DNA from: Catajapyx aquilonaris
Taxonomy: Eukaryota
DNA: 64,000 nucleotides
Reading direction: 5' to 3'
Assembly (NCBI GenBank): GCA_000934665.2
Contig: JYFJ02000031.1
Location: 124,001 to 188,000 of the forward strand
Shown: positions 1 through 12,702 of the stretch, piece by piece
Numbering within the stretch: position 1 is the first letter of the stretch
How the letters are laid out: the number at the start of each line of letters is the position of its first letter
Made by a program: the position numbers and the translations under genes
The notes under the pieces: model-generated
Seen by the model: the letters and a program-made list of their open reading frames with translations, nothing else
Told to the model about the DNA's origin: nothing
Database searches by the model: none

Positions 1-204
1 CACAACCTCTCCCAGCCCAATTCCCAACTGGAGGTGCCGGCAGCCGTGAAAGGTTTCCTGCCCATCAACCTTTATCTCTATCAGAGAGAGAAACGGTGTG
101 CTGCAACCCGTGCAAGAAAGGTGCAGGATATATAAGAAGCCGGTCAAACCACAATCAGCACACACTCAAGCTTCGACCACTCCCAAAGGCAGAAGACATC
201 GACA

Positions 205-868
205 ATGGGCAAGTCTGTGGTGTTGCTGCTGTTGGCCAGTCTGGTCGCCTTGACCTTAGCTGGAGACCACGGAGGAGGAGACTCCAAGTTCGAGTACCAG
301 TTTGGACACAAGGTGGAGGGACACTTTGAGGACAAGCATCATAAGGGGTATGCGTCTGGATACGGACACACGCACGTCAAAGGAGAGGTACGGATGCACA
401 TTGTTCATGTATAATGTACCTGATGTTCGCACAGGTCTACTGGTTTTTCCCAAACGAGCTACGCATGTACCGTTGGTAGCCTGATTTTATTTCAAGGATA
501 CTGGCACCTGTTGTATGGCCTTCACGACATACAATCTGGTTTAACAAAGAGTCAGTTCCTGGTAGTCAGATGGCTTCCGGAGCTCGTTCGTTTGGGTTCA
601 CGTTTGGTCGATGTGGTTAGGATACACCAATCAACCAATAACTACAATTTCCAAAAGATTTGAGTGTGGACCCGGCTGTTTCTAATCTCAGTTTTGATTG
701 TTTCAGTCGAGCCACGTGGCTGTTGAACCTGTGATTGTCCACGGCCATGACCATCACGGGGGTGGTGGAGGCAGTGGTGGTCATGGCGGTGGTGGCGGTG
801 GTGGAGGCGGTCATGGTGGTGGCCATGGCGGCTGGGGGGTTTTTGACGGAGGCGACCATTACTGGTGA
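205..868 (+). CDS. Small secreted Gly/His-rich protein (cuticle-protein-like), 2 coding exons (205-388, 707-868)
   Basis: Signal peptide MGKSVVLLLLASLVALTLA. Donor GAG|GTACGG at 388/389 and acceptor TTTCAG at 706 are both phase-compatible. Exon 2 reads SSHVAVEPVIVHGHDHHGGGG...GGDHYW*. TATATAA at ~129 and AATAAA at 1203. Confidence 0.75.
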
Positions 869-1247
869 GCATACATGTTTAGTGGATATTCATGGATCAG
901 GACAAGTATCGCCGCCTGGCGGAGCGTTTCACTTGCTTCATGTAAAGGAAAAGCTCCGCAAGGCGGCGATACTTGTGGGTATCCATGTATTTCCACCACT
1001 GCACTGTACAGGTTGGTTCAAACGGACGTGGTTGTGGTTGGGGATCAACCAATCAGCAATTTCGATCCGTGTGAACCCAATTAACACGTCAATTACATAA
1101 CATCCTAATTGTACATTTCAGAGTTCACCATCATTCGTAGAAGCTTCTAATCCAATTTTCTTCAAATGCCGCCAAAGAGTTGTACGTGTGGATGTGGTTA
1201 TTAATAAATGTTGATTTTTACACCTATTTTGTTGTTTGCTAACTTAC

Positions 1248-3419
1248 CTTCAGATGCTCCCTCTAATGTTACACCTCTAATTAGCAGTATTACGATCGGG
1301 ACGTATGGGAATATCGCGCTGAACCAAATTATCTGTAAGAAATTACAAATTGTTAGGTACCTGCACTTGACAAAAAAAATGTAACTGCAATTTGGTGCTA
1401 AGTACTGAACCTTTGCGCTGTGATGAATTCCTTTCCAGACGACAAAATACACGATAATCCAAGCTAGGATCAAAAATCCAGCCAGATGCCATTGAACTTC
1501 GCCAATTTCAGTCAGTCCAGAAGACATTCCTAACACTCTTCGCCTGCGAAAAACACACGGTGTTATTAAACCACTTGTTGTGACAAGCATTGAATGGTTC
1601 AATGATAGATACTTGCTCCCAAAATTCTTCGATGGGCGACCTAAAGTCTGACGAAGTTCCATTTGCGTGTTCATTGTGCAGAAGAGTACTGTTGAAATCT
1701 TGGCATCTGGGTGTGTTCCACGTGTTGTCTGAAATAAATATGTATTATTGCTTAATTACTGTGGGTACTATTATAGTGCGCAACTTACTGCAATGAGCCC
1801 AAGGAAGGGCTGGCACGCGTGTAAAAGTACACATCAAGTAGTATAAAGTCCAGGCGACAATTACGATGTAATACACATCTTCTAGGAACACCATTGTTAA
1901 AGATGCGTATCCCACACCTGTAATATTCAACGCTGTTATTATTGTTGGTTTCTTTTTAGTGTTATTCGAAGCTTACCTTTGAGAATGGGGCAGAATTGCC
2001 CCATGACGCTCATTCCAGAAACACCAAGGTATTGGCCCATGGAAACCTCCAGGAAAAATAGTGGTATTCCACAGGTGAACATGGATATCATGTATGGTAT
2101 CAGGAACGCACCTTTTTGGAGATAAAAATTATGCGGTCAGTTTTTGTCAAATAACTAATTTGCCACATTTTAAGCAGATTCGCATGTCAGTATTGCTCAT
2201 TGCAGTGCATGTCTAGTCCAAAATATACCCATGCAATGCAGCATGATATTACGCAAAAAAAACTACGTACCGTTAAAAAGTGGTGGTGAAGGTCATAAAA
2301 TTACTTCAAATACAGTAAATGAATTATTCATCAAAATGCTGATCCGTTTTGAACATGAAATTCCCACATAATTATTTTTTAACAAAAATATACCTTCAGA
2401 GGGATTTTTTCTCTCTCTCTATAGGCCTACTGTAGCTTCTTGGTCACAATCAAACCAAGGCAATGGTAAGCTTATAATAAAACCTGCAAATTGCACACAC
2501 CCGTCCAAATGAGAGACAATTTCCATAAATTGTCACGATATGGAGAATGCATTTCAAGTAGACATAAATTACTGGATATTATATTACAGAATGTCAAAAA
2601 AATTTATCCAATAGTGGCTTATACGATGACTCAAGTTGAACGTTATGAAGAAGAGCACCTTGACATTGACAGAATGCTGTGAATAGCATGCAGGATACAA
2701 TTGTCAATTTTTTTTTTACTGTACAGCGTCACAATATTTTACAATACAATCTGCGAGGTTTTTACTGCTTGAAAACCATAGAAGCTAGCTGACTATTCCT
2801 GGCACCCATAATCGCCCCACATTTGTCAATGCCATACCCCCTTTTTTTAAAGGACCCACTTAACGTGACCGGAAATGGTCTAAGTAATCTTGCACCAGAT
2901 TTTTCCGGGTGATTGTGGTCATGCACAATGAGCCTCAGTCATGCACAACAACTCATCTACTCCTCCCACAGCACCCCCCACTGAATTCTCCTTGTCATGT
3001 TACCTTGCTCACACATGCTCATGCAAATCATATCTGATATTATCATAACCAAGTATACTCCGATTTTTTTAACGTTTCAAATGATTGTTGTCGGATAAAA
3101 ATATGTATTTTTCCAATTTTCTGGAAAAAAATAGCAACAACTTACCCAATAGAATGGTGATTCAAAATTAGTTTAAAATATTAATTTTAACAAATTAGTA
3201 AATATACTGACCTCCCCCGTTCTTGTAGCAAAGGTATGGAAATCTCCAAACGTTGCCCAAACCAATGGCCATGGCCACACAAGAAAATATAAAGTCGAAT
3301 CTGTGGTTCCAGCTGCCTCTTTCAACTGGCATCTTTTCAGCAACCATTGTTGGTTCCTTGGCTGCTACTGATCCGGATATTGTGGACACAGGAGGTCCGT
3401 TGGACACCTTCAGCTCCAT
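1248..3419 (-). CDS. SLC6 sodium:neurotransmitter symporter (GABA/taurine/creatine-like), N-terminal ~6 coding exons; gene continues beyond the window start
   Basis: Exons ~3419-3212, 2111-1977, 1918-1789, 1729-1613, 1543-1411, 1333-1248 give [95 protein letters not shown], the classic SLC6 signature. The last exon seen ends in a G|GTAAGT donor. A probable 5' UTR exon lies near 5073-5090 (TCAGTC Inr, GTGAG donor). Confidence 0.95.
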
Positions 3420-3761
3420 GATGGAACCTGAACAGCAGTACAGAGGTCAGAGGATGACCTGTGGCATTGGTGACAATTATTTGACAGAGGGACTGTGACG
3501 AAACCGAGGATGGCAATTGTCACACCCTCAATCAATGATCAATCATAAAATGTCCTCCTCCTTATCCGGAGTCGTTTAAACAACGTTCATGTTACGCATA
3601 CACACACTGAACTATAGGATGAGGAATTAAGAGGCGGAAGATGCCCAACAATGGGCAAGGCTGTTGCAATAACAGACAGGTGGTCAAGTCCTGAATTTTT
3701 TGGAGCCATCATGAATATTCTAAGGTGCATGTGCAGTGTTGTCTACTGTTACCGACAGATA

Positions 3762-3864
3762 CAGGGTGTTCCCCTGCCCAAGGCGACCATCCGAAGAAGA
3801 GGAAGCAGCGATTGGATTGTTGTCATGCAAAAATGGTACTTTTAAACAATTTTGAAACACCCTG
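3762..3864. mobile_element. Short Tc1/mariner-type MITE remnant
   Basis: TA|CAGGGTGTT ... AACACCCTG|TA: short terminal inverted repeats flanked by TA. Confidence 0.5.
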
Positions 3865-5421
3865 TACCTGACATTACCAGTGGCTCACCGCAATGACCTT
3901 AGGAAAGATAATGACCCCAATAACGACCACCTGTCCGTGACAATGGACTCTGATTGCAACGAGTCATTTTGCTTTTGATGAGCAACATCCTGCATTATTA
4001 TTTTATGAAGTTAACCGGTCATTTCAATATCAAACTGTCGTCAATATAATTGGCACCGCCTGTGAGACTGTCCGGTTTTAACGGGTTCCATTGACCTCTC
4101 ACGCACTTTGCTTGTGATGGGATACCCATCATGAACCCCGCCAAAAAATAACATGATATCCCTGACCCTGATAACGGATTCCAATAATGATAAGACAGGT
4201 GTAATCAATGTGTAAACATACGCATTTAAATTTAACTTTGATTAAAATGTGCGGATATGCCATACGCACAATACTGCGGAGATTCCTAAGAAACTCACAG
4301 ATGCACAGGTAAGTTGCAAGTGAGTTTGTTGCAAATTCACGTGACTAATATTATACTTAAATGATTCGACATAACACGTGTGTCAATATGTACTTTTTCT
4401 AAGCAACATATGTGACTTCCCACATGTCCATATGTATATTGATCTGTAATCACCCGACTCACCTGTGCTCACCGATGTCTTCACACACACACACACACTT
4501 GTTACACACCCACGCAGATGCTATGTAAATACGTTTCCTATCACTGTGACCCTCACGCACTATGCGTAACACATCCCTAGGCACTTGATGCCATGTCAAA
4601 AAAGAAGTCCGGCAATCGCGCCTCTGCCAATCAGAAAAAACGTCAAAAAACATCACTATCAAATGTCTTGTTCCGATTATATGGATTATTTCTTATTGAA
4701 TGTACGAGAAGCACGAGACATTTGATTTTAGTATGAGATTCAATAAATTTCGTGATTTGCAATATTTCGTTGATTCATATGATTCAGTTAATCACTTAAA
4801 GTGCGAGTACACCACACATACTGCGGTTACTTCGGATATGTGGATTATTTATGAAGAATTTATTAAGGAATTCCTGAAATATTATGCTACCTAGATAAAA
4901 AATTAACAAGAGTTTATCGTATTTATGGAATTGATTCCCCATCAATTTATGAAAATGTCGCATTGAAATATCTACCTTCGTTTTAATTGTTGGCACCAAA
5001 TTACTGGGATGACATCGGAAGTTGCGTCCTTGAAAGTACAGTACATCAGGAAAAGGTGTAACACACACTCACCTGCGGCTGACGACTGAATGAACCAGCC
5101 TCTCTGCTCTTTTTTTTTTTTTCATTTGCTTTAAAATAAGTTATCTGAACGTGCCGTACAATGGGTGCGCATGACTATGCGCAGTCGGATCCGACTCGCA
5201 TGTGAATATATAATATCCAAGGGAGGAAGACGAGCCCAAAAATAAATATCGTACTTTTCTTATTCACGTCCTTGATTAAATTATACAACAAAAAAAACAC
5301 ACGATATGTACATTACACCTTAGTCACTTTTGGAATGCAAATGTCCCAACATGAGTTATCACAGTCACGAATGTTTCGACTAGAGCATGCACGAAAAAAA
5401 TCAGGCAAGGTCAGTGGTACG

Positions 5422-7339
5422 TCATAGACTCAATGACCACAGCACCATCACCCAGAGGATGCCTCTCTGATGTTTGATGAGCCATCCTTGGTTTGGCATC
5501 ACCAGAGATGGGTCTCTGTGGCACCAGGTGTCTAGGAATATGTAGGAGAGCTCTGAGTAGATCTTCTCTGTGCCTTCACCACATGAGTTGAGGGTGCCAC
5601 TATTCAGGAGGCACTTTCGCTGGTAGTCCAAGGCGCTGAAGATGCAACAATGATAATAGTAAAACAACAATGAGGATTCCAGGATTTGATAAGGTGGCTG
5701 TAGGCAAGTTGTGTGTTTCCTTTACATAAGACAAGGCCTTTCACATAGGGACAGGACAGTCATTGTCCGAAACATTATTTTGTTACCAACTAGGGTTAAA
5801 ATTACAGTTACTTACTTGCAGACTTCTGGTCCTACTTCTAACCTAAGTATTTGTTGCCAAATGTTAAGTTGTATATTGTTGTGAGCACATGTGTTGATTC
5901 GTATCTGCTCCACGCAAGCTACAGATCGCAGCATCACTGAAAATAGATACGTCACTAAAATAAGAGGTACCGGTGATTGACCCAGCTGTGACCTTCTTAA
6001 TATTGGGGTTACACAAATAGATCACATCCTCCCATAAAATCGGCATAAATACCTAAAAATCGTTCTCGAAGTTGACTGCACATCCATTTGTGAGTCAAGT
6101 TGAGGCTGTGGACCAGATGTCGCAACCGGAAGAAGTCTTCGTTGTAGACACAGGTTGGAAGCAGTTCGGTGAAGCAGACAAGCATGTCTCGAAGCCTCCT
6201 GCAAAGAGGGTGAGGAGTTAAAGAATACAGACCTCCTTTTGATAAACAAATATTGAGGGGGGTGGACTTACTCGCAGTTGTTTTCTAATTCAGGACCGTC
6301 CAACATCAAAGTCCTCTTTTCGCCATACGACCTGTTAAAAAATAATGTGGCTAGGTGTGACTGTCAGTTACAGCTTTAATGGCTGCAAATTAATCGGACT
6401 CTAATTAATTGGAAAGGGGCAGGAAACCGCTGAAAGTCAGTTGACACGCGAATTTCACCTCAGCAGTTTCCGCAGGAGTTAATTACTCTGCGGGGAAAGT
6501 CAATGGACTGCACATGTTTCTTTTTGTCCACACTGCAATGCATATCAATAATCATGATCATCAACGTCGCGACATTTCCCTATAAAAAGGTGTACTCAGC
6601 TATGAAGCGACGCAAATTAATTTTTTTAAAGAAAAAGGTCAGGCACATTATACACACAAAAGATCTTAAAATATCCACCAACTTATAAGGAAGATATCTC
6701 GAAATAATATGCTCGTAAACTATAGTAAACATAATAGTAAACAAGTTCTGATTCACTTCCTGAACATCTTCACAACATTAATTTAATGTTTGTGAAAATG
6801 TTCAGAAAAAATGTAGTATCAGTATGTGAAGGAGATAAATTTTCTCCTCCACATACTGATGTTACAATTTTTTTCTGAACATTTTCACAAACATATGTTC
6901 ATAAACATTTCAAAAAATATTGTGCTGTATCAGTATGTGAAGGATAAAAATTTTCTCCTTCACATACTGATACAGCACAATATTTTTTTTTGAAATGGCA
7001 GTTTTAGGGCCATACATATTTCCTGTCTTGTCAGTTTATCTCTTGTTTTTCACACATTATAAAAAGGCGTATCCCCCCCCATAACATGACACCTCTTGAT
7101 CATTACCCGAGTTGATTCTGTTTTTTGGCCTCCAGTTCATGATAAACGACGGCCTCGATTGCAGAGAAGTCCCTCTCCAAGTAAATGTGCAGGCAAACGC
7201 CCACCTCCTTATCATCCTTGTTACACCCATGCACCTGTAAACCTATAGAAAAAAAATCGAGGGTAAACAAGTTCACTCTCCTACTAAAATGATTGTACAT
7301 ACTTGTCAGCACCAGTAGGAAAACCGACAGCACTTTCAT
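5422..7339 (-). CDS. Uncharacterised secreted 12-Cys protein (~240 aa), two 6-Cys repeats and a hydrophobic C-terminus (GPI-anchor-like); DUF19-like
   Basis: Six phase-consistent exons (~7339-7303, 7242-7107, 6331-6272, 6198-6052, 5936-5815, 5636-5422): MKVLSVFLLVLTSLQVHG-CNKDDKEVGVC...NNCERLRDMLVCFTELLPTC...WMC...ACVEQIRINTC...VCNALDYQRKCLLNSGTLNSC...WC...ILWVMVLWSLSL*. Confidence 0.8.
6786..6997. repeat. Two adjacent long palindromes sharing the core ATCAGTATGTGAAGGA..TCCTTCACATACTGAT
   Basis: Hairpin 1 at 6786-6894 and hairpin 2 at 6906-6997, read directly from the sequence; intronic. Confidence 0.85.
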
Positions 7340-9159
7340 CGCGTGTCACGAAGGGCGTTTCCTGGGAAGAAAAAAAAAACATAAGACAGGTTGCAATTTC
7401 ACTGGGACCGGTTCTTAGAACGTACCCTGCATGTTCAATACACATATGAAGGACACTAGCTAATCAAATAGGCCATGGTCGCCTATACGTACCCTAAGCT
7501 GATCTAACCGGCGACTACCACTTTAACCCCTACTGTGTGGTACCATGCTCCTTGAGTAGCCTCTCCTTCCGTTTCCTCCATGTATCCGGAGACTGACTTC
7601 CCCGAAAAACCGATAAAAGCTGTACGCACTTCCCCTATATGCTGCTCTGTGTAATATCTGGTGTGGAGTGGAGCATTTTTTTCTGGTATGGTGGGGGGGA
7701 GTCAACAGAGAGACAAACAAGAGTTGGGGGGGTTTGTTCGGATCGATGATGACCTCGCGTGTTGGGATGGACATGTGCCAGATGCTGGCTGGAGTTGGAG
7801 GAAGGTGGTGGTCAAGGTTGGTTGAGGTAGGCCATCAGGATGAAGGTGTTGAAGGTGGATAAAAAGTCAAGGGCAATAACGTCATGTATCGGGAAATGCG
7901 TTGTCAGTTTTTTTTCTTTCTTCCGAAAAGGTATGTGAAGAAAGCCACTATCAAGGAACTAAAAATCACATATGCACTTTCGGTTTGGAAGTGCAATATT
8001 ATGTAAGAGATATTGTGGAATTGAATCAAAATTAGTGTACTGTCAAAAGAGCAATTTCATATTGAGGGTATATTCAACCTCTGATCGAGCAAAATGGGAC
8101 CTGTTGCACTGGTGCGGTGCCAAGAAACATTTTTTTGGCTTGAAATGTTGCGATCATTTTAATTGCTGTCACCAATAAACTACCATTGCACTTTTTTGCC
8201 GGAAAATGTCTTTTGGCTCCTGTTAGTGCCAACTTTTCAGCATGTAAAAAAGTACTCACACAAAGGCTACTCTTTGTACAAAAGGCTTACTATCTTCCTG
8301 GTCAGACTTACTCGTTGATGAAATAACGGCTCGTCCTCTTCGAAGAAAACAACATGTAAAAAAAAGTCACTCAAGTGGCCCCAATGTAACGCAATATTTC
8401 CCTGTCAACATCATTCTAACAAAACCTATGAACTATACACATAGCGCCCATGATAAACATCAGGAAAATATGCGCCACATCCGACCTTGCACTGTTGCAG
8501 TCACATGTGCGCGGTATATACATCCGTCATACATGTTATTGACAGGCACAACAATGCGCTGTACAGTACAGTGTATACCGGTGTAACTCACCCAAGTGTG
8601 CCTGGTCCTATCCTCATGTCAGTCTCCCCAGCGAAGATGAGCGGAATTCGGTCCAGCTTCCGTTGCAAAAATGTGTGGGTTTGGCTCTGGCATGGGCAGA
8701 CTGGTGGTGACGTCACGGGATTCGCCTCTTGCGAAACTTGTGCCCCTCTCTTCCCGAGGTCCCCTGTACCGTTTTAGCCAATCTACAAATCTGACTCATC
8801 CACTGGATTTCCAGATTCATACAAATGTTGATGGCCTCCACACAGCGGTCACATGTTGATTAGGAATGTAGGCCAGATATTGCCAATAAAATGCTCCAAT
8901 ACAATGTGATTTGTGATAAAAATTATTGAAGACAAATTTTTTTTTTTACAAATACCAACCAACACCTTTTCAGCTTTTGTTGTGATTCCTATGGTCATCT
9001 ATATCATAGGCACTGGTCATTCAGCATGTTCGTAGTAAGTTACTCTTAGGTGAGCCACCCAATGGTGTTTCCACCTTTTATTGTGTTGGCAACGCTTGCA
9101 GTGTTCAACAATCCAGAGAGCTGCATCAGCGGTACTGACTACTGGTACAAGTACTCATA

Positions 9160-9205
9160 GGATCACCCAAAGAGCTTATACTAGTATAAGCTCTTTGGGA
9201 TCACC
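9160..9205. mobile_element. 30-bp perfect palindrome flanked by an 8-bp direct repeat (candidate P-superfamily footprint or minimal element)
   Basis: GGATCACC-[CAAAGAGCTTATACTAGTATAAGCTCTTTG]-GGATCACC. Confidence 0.65.
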
Positions 9206-9875
9206 CAAGGTAGAAAATATTACTTGTTAGACAGGAAACAGATAATGAGATATCCCACTTCCATCGAGTTCAATGTCATAGTTGCCACTTCCATACCTTA
9301 GGCATCACTGCTGGCAACCTAAATTAAAAGACTTCAAACAGAACCATAATAATGGACCTGGGGGGGTCTGAAATAAACTGAGGCTGTGGCGGACTGCCTC
9401 CTGGAATCAAGCATGACATATTCAAACTCACAAGCTCACTCGATCGAATGTGACACATTACCTACTTCACCAAACCAACTCCTAAGAAGCTTTATTATCT
9501 TTCATTATGGTTGTTGGAGAGAAACTGAAAATCACACACCAAGGACGTCTTTATTCTCCTCTTAAGATGCTGGGCTTATTCATCAGAGAAAGATGTAGTC
9601 CATCTGAGGTTTTATTGCTTCGCTGTACATTTCACAATTAAGATAGGTTTATTAACAGTGGGACCAACTAGCTGCAGACAATAAAACCAGGTAACAATTA
9701 AACAATATTTTTAACAACTGACTAGAGATTTATTTACAAGATGAACAGAGGTGACACATTGGCTAAGCAAACAAGTTTCAAACTGTACAGGCTTACCTTA
9801 TTTTAGTGCCAATCTTATAATTAACTGGACTGGTCAGACAGTATCCAGACTCAAATATCCTGTAGGTTTTTCAGT

Positions 9876-11046
9876 TCAGTCATCAAATTCATAGAGTGTC
9901 TTCTGCTTGGCCTTGCTCAGTATAACATCATCATCCGAAAACCTGAGCTTCGTTGGAGGTATTAATGCTCCAGCGACATACCTTTTTTCTGCATTTAAGA
10001 AGTTGAATGTACTGCAAGCACGCTCTGTTGAGAGGACCTCTGCAGCAATTCCTTTCGAGCGCAAGAAAGTGAAGACCTCAGGTTTCAATCTTGCTCCTTC
10101 ATCTCCCACACCAATCACCAGGATGTCTACATATCAAAGGACCAATTAACATCAGAGTAATGTCAAGTAATGATAATGCCATTTGACGCACCAATTTTAG
10201 GCGCCAGCATGTAGAAGAGGCAGAGTGAATCCTGATCAATGTCCTCCGGACCATTGATGTTCCAGCTCAATACAGATCGAGGGAATATGGCCAGTGGGCC
10301 TACAACTGACATTCCATTGTTCAGCCGGAATCCAACCTGCAACAAAATGTGGAAGTGTAAACTCATATAATCACCATAAATGACAGACCCATAAAATTCA
10401 CCTGAAAATACACACTGCAAAGCAATGTCGACTTCTCTGAACAAACTTACTTGGCTGTACGAGTTGATCATTAGACCCATTTCTGAATCCTTGTTTAAAA
10501 TCGACACTGTCGTCTTGCCTTCAGGGTCAAAGGTGTGGTTTTGTACTGGTGTTCTGCTGATGCTACGGACACACATACTGATTCTGTAAATATAAATTTC
10601 ATCAATTTAATGTAATCATCGCTACATAAAGTTGTATCCACCACATGCTGCCAAAATTTCTCATCTTCCATTATTAAAATACTGTGACACTTTCGTGTAA
10701 CCTGGACTCCGCCGGCTACCCCTGTATGGGATTTATGCTGTGAAGTCTCAAATTCGTGAAAACACACATTAATTATGAAACAGTAATAAAAGTGATTAAC
10801 ATCATCAATGCAGCTGACACAAGTGTAATCTCCTACATGCTTTAAACATGCCGGGTCAATAGCCACTCTCGGACATTGCGGAAACGGCCATGTGTTCCTT
10901 CTATAAACTAAAATATTCATAGCCACAACTAACCCAGGCAAGAGTGCCCTTCCAGCCACCGGACAGCAGACGGCCGGCACCTCCAGGAATCTAGAAATCA
11001 GCCGAACACTGCTCCAAAGAAAACTTGATCGCATACAGGCCGCCAT
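9876..11046 (-). CDS. NDUFAF3: Complex I assembly factor 3 (Mth938-like domain)
   Basis: 4 exons (~11046-10934, 10582-10451, 10336-10192, 10126-9876): mitochondrial-presequence-like N-terminus, INSYSQVGFRLNNG..VGPLAIFPRSVLSW, DILVIGVG, EVLSTERACSTFNFLNAEKRYVAGALIPP. Confidence 0.93.
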
Positions 11047-11369
11047 CTTCCCAGATTCCCGGCTCAGTCCAATTTTCCACTGCACATTAGTTCGGCTAAT
11101 ATTTTAACCGTTAAATGGTTTCAGCTGGTATTTAAATATATTTTACCGATTTGAAATGGTAAAATGGGAGGTTGTGATGTGCAGGTGGAGTGCGGCAGGC
11201 AGGTGTTGCCGCCGTGGCAGGTGCACAAAACATGGCGGCTCCCACCTTGACGTTTGGTTCAGCGGGAACCCAATGATTCACCGGATTCAGCCTCGTTCAG
11301 CCGGCTGACGACCCGACCACGGCCACAGGACGATAGAACTCATCCCAGACACGCAACGAGTGCAGACAT
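11047..11369. promoter_or_regulatory. Bidirectional promoter region between NDUFAF3 and the SLC35A2-like gene
   Basis: Divergent start codons ~320 bp apart; CpG-rich; YY1-like AAACATGGCGG at ~11228 and GCCGCCATCTT at ~11038. Confidence 0.65.
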
Positions 11370-12524
11370 ATGACCGCGATGGCGACGGAAGAGCCGAAGC
11401 AATCCGCTGAAAGTGAGTTTCCATCAACTTGTCACATTGCAATGTCACGATGTCCCATGTACCTGCAGGGCTTCAGGTGCTCAAGTACTTCAGTCTGGTG
11501 ACCCTCACGCTTCAGAATGCGGCACTGGGTATCAGCATGCGCTACTCCAGGACACGCTCAGGCGACATGTTCCTGTCATCCACTGGTACGACCCCGTGAT
11601 TAGGCATCTACTGCGTTCTCCACATGTAACTGATGTTGTTACCTTTTGGCAGCTGTACTGACTGCGGAGGTTGTGAAGCTGGCAACCTGCCTTGCACTAG
11701 TTTTCCACCAGGAAGGTCGCAACGTTCAACGCTGGGCGTCTGCGCTTCATGCCAACATTATCGCTCAACCGCTGGACACGCTCAAAGTGTGTGTCCCTTC
11801 TGCGGTCTATGTGCTACAAAACAACCTTCTGTACGTGGCGGCCTCGCACTTGGATGCTGCCACCTACCAGGTCACCTACCAGCTGAAGATCCTCACCACT
11901 GCGCTGTTCACCGTTCTGATACTTAGAAGGCGCTTGCTGGCGTCGCAGTGGGCTGCGCTTGTCATCCTGTTATTGGGGGTCGTGATGGTGCAGCTGGCCG
12001 ATCACCAGGAGAGCAAGAAAAGTGCAGGCGGACCAGAACAGATCAGGATGGTTGGATTTTCGGCTGCCATTGCCGCCTGCTTTCTCTCAGGGTTTGCTGG
12101 AATTTATTTTGAAAAGATTTTGAAAGGCTCGGAAGTATCAGTGTGGATCCGTAATGTGCAACTTAGCTTCCTCTCCCTTCCATTTGGTCTTGCCACCTGC
12201 TTAATAACTGACTGGAATGCGATTCATACTAATGGATTCTTCTTTGGGTACGATGCCTTTGTCTCGTATCTGGTGCTCCTGCAAGCCACGGGTGGTCTGC
12301 TAGTGGCAGTGGTAGTCAAGTATGCCGACAATATTCTCAAAGGATTTGCCACGTCATTGGCAATTGTCGTGTCGTGCATTGCTTCGGTCTATCTGTTTGA
12401 CTTTGGGGTCACAGGTCAGTTTGCATTTGGGACTGCCCTCGTCATATCCTCTATATTCCTGTATGGGTATAAGCCACCTGAAAAGGCTAAGGTCACCAAA
12501 ATGGGGTTGACCACTCGAGTGTGA
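11370..12524 (+). CDS. SLC35A2: UDP-galactose / nucleotide-sugar transporter (SLC35A family)
   Basis: Exons 11370-11412, 11469-11585, 11653-12524: LKYFSLVTLTLQN..MRYSRT..FLSSTAVLTAEVVK..QNNLLYVAASHLDAATYQVTYQLKILTTALF..SGFAGIYFEKILKGS..VVKYADNILKGFATS. SLC35A3 cannot be fully excluded. Confidence 0.88.
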
Positions 12525-12702
12525 AAACAATGCCTGGTTGTGACTCTTGACGCATTTTTAATGTTTTAAAAGAAAAATCACGTGATAATTATTTATTTTT
12601 ATGTTGCAAGTGAAGTCACCATTATTTGGACGGAATCATGTTATTCGTGACAGTGAAAATAAAGTATGATATGTGTTAGTGGATCTCTCATTAGGAATAT
12701 CC

